A stretch of 64,000 nucleotides of DNA from Macrostomum lignano (Eukaryota), in contig NIVC01002935.1 of NCBI GenBank assembly GCA_002269645.1, forward strand, positions 62,001 to 126,000, written 5' to 3'. The stretch's first letter is position 1, and each line of letters begins with the position of its first letter. A program made the position numbers and the translations under genes. Shown in pieces: positions 62,200-64,000 of the stretch. The notes below the pieces were generated by a model. The model did not search any database and was not told the DNA's origin. It worked only from the letters and a program-made list of their open reading frames with translations.

Positions 62200-64000
62200 C
62201 ATGGACTCCAGAAAGCGTTGAGTATTGTGAGCGACAGTCACCAGAATGGCCCAGAAAGGCCAAGACCAGCTCGAGCCATAGGCTGCTGAGGAAGATATCG
62301 AAAGCAAACTGAAAGCACTGTGCCTCAAGAAGCAACAGCTGCTGGCAGTGGAAGAAGAACTGTCCGTTGAGCTCGTCGAGAATGCACTCCAAGAGTAAGT
62401 GGAAAAGACGATGGAGTTCGAGTTGCTGGCTGGAGAGATGATTTCAAGTCTCGCCGAGCGACTACAGATTCTTCAGGTCGAGTGAGAAAGCCGCATGCTT
62501 TAGCGTGCTGCTTTAGCGACTCCGCTGGCCATCAGGCTGCCTATACTGCCGCCACCAGCATTCGGTGGAGATCGGACTCAATGGACTTCATTCTGGGACC
62601 GCTTCAGTTCCAGCAACCACGACAACTCGAGCCTCAGCGTTGTTGACAAGTTCAGCTACCTGCAATCGTGCCTTTCAGGAGAAGTCAAGAATTTGATCGC
62701 TGGCCTTAACATCACGGCTGAGAACTACAAGATTGCGATAACCTGCAACGACGGTTTGGATCCTGGAGTGGAGCCGTGCGCGATCATCTGGCGAAGTTTT
62801 CCCCGATGATCTACTTAGGTGCTTCGGTCCACCACCTGAGAAACTTCTACGATCAAGCCAGTGGCAATGTCTGCAGCCTGGAGAATCTCGGGGTGATGTT
62901 GCTTCATACGAGACCATCTTGCTGTTCAACTTGCTGACGAACTTGCCGGAAGTGAGATGCTTAGAACTGCCAGGATAGTTTCCATACGCTCTTCCCATGG
63001 TAGCAGTCAATAACAGGTGACAAATTGAAGCGGCCTAGTGTTGATTAAAAAATTCCTCAATGCCTTGACCTTGACCTAGAAATCCTATTTGAGGAGGAAG
63101 CTGCTCTCGGAGCGAGAGTTCAACACAGGAAAACAAAGGAATCCGCGGTATCTGCTGTGCAGCCTAAGGCTACGAAGGTCGCCAAAGTCAGAAACATGTG
63201 TCCTTACTGTGATGCTGAACATACTCCAAAAAGTTGGGATCTACTGGTGGATGTGTTCACTAAGTTTCGATTCTTAAAAGAACAAAGACACTGCTTCAGT
63301 TGCCTCAAACCAAAAGCCATGCCCCCACGACTTGTTATCAAAAGAAGTAGTGTGGCTTCTACAAGTTGAAGCATCATCCCAGTCTGCTCTACCCGAGTGG
63401 AACAGCTACAGCAACGGCCGGCAGACAAGATTCCTTGATGCATCATCGATACGGTGGGTTCAGGAAAGAAGAACCCGAACAGTCGGCCGCGCAGGGTGTC
63501 AAAATTCACGAAGTGAAGACTATGGCGATGGTTACCAAGGCCAGACAGTGATTTGTCCTACTGCTGGAGCTATGCTGATTTCACAAGGTGGCAGCAGTGA
63601 AATAGGGGTTAGAAGTCTCTTCGACTCTGTGAGTAACCGTTCGTTTATTATGTCGGGCGTAGCTGAGCGGAATTTAGTGTGATCGGCTAAGACACAATGA
63701 AAGTAATGAAATTCGGAGGCACACAGCCTAAGGTCCTATAAACGGAGGTCGAGTTCCAACTTCATAAGCTAGTCAACCGTTTCACATTACGCATTACACA
63801 GTACCATACATCTGCTCTTTTTTTTATTAGAGGCAGGGGGTTGTGTGCACCCTGGCGCACTTTAAGCGACATTGTCACACAACCGGCGAGAGGCATTACT
63901 GCCCATTCCGCCGACTCCCCTGAGCAGGCATACAAGCGCGCGGATACGTACGCAGGCACACACTCACACAGGAGTGTACAGCGGCCCTAACTTTATTTAT
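62200..64000 (+). mobile_element. Decayed BEL/Pao LTR retrotransposon (gag and protease region), continues past the window end
   Basis: LPPPAFGGDRTQWTSFWDRF...DKFSYLQSCLSGEVKNLIAGLNITAENYKIA (DUF1759 gag, ~62540-62745); CFSCLKP knuckle; RSLFDSVSNRSFI (DUF1758-type protease, ~63610). Many stops and frameshifts. Confidence 0.85.

Overview
Eukaryotic (animal) genomic DNA, not prokaryotic: spliced genes with GT-AG introns, many mini- and microsatellites, and several transposon classes. GC-rich, Gly/Ala/Gln-rich coding style and (CTGT)n arrays suggest a free-living flatworm such as Macrostomum (inference only). From left to right: (1) the last exon of a rhodopsin-type peptide GPCR (+, 199-770); (2) a ~1.55 kb element with ~75 bp terminal inverted repeats, two ~41-43 bp hairpins and a Crypton-like tyrosine-recombinase N-terminal fragment (1093-2644); (3) minisatellites, including a G-quadruplex-type 33-mer array; (4) a six-exon FAM13-like RhoGAP gene (-, 23810 to 9041, 1013 aa, all splice phases consistent), whose first two coding exons and upstream ~1 kb lie in a near-identical 8.1 kb tandem duplication (16751-33021); (5) AT-rich blocks with no CpG; (6) a disrupted arrestin-domain (ARRDC-like) gene whose intron holds an IS630/Tc1-like DD32E transposon with ~290 bp multi-repeat TIRs, itself interrupted by a young Mag-type Ty3/Gypsy LTR element; (7) a hAT-type MITE and an internally deleted LOA/R1-like LINE with an 11 bp TSD; (8) a large intact exon of a cGAS/Mab-21-like receptor (cGLR) (-, 61866-60482); (9) a decayed BEL/Pao element running off the right end. 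The best candidates for something new are the cGLR with a long unassigned C-terminal extension, the hairpin-bearing Crypton-like element and the DD32E transposon. All assignments are by eye from motifs; no database searches were run.
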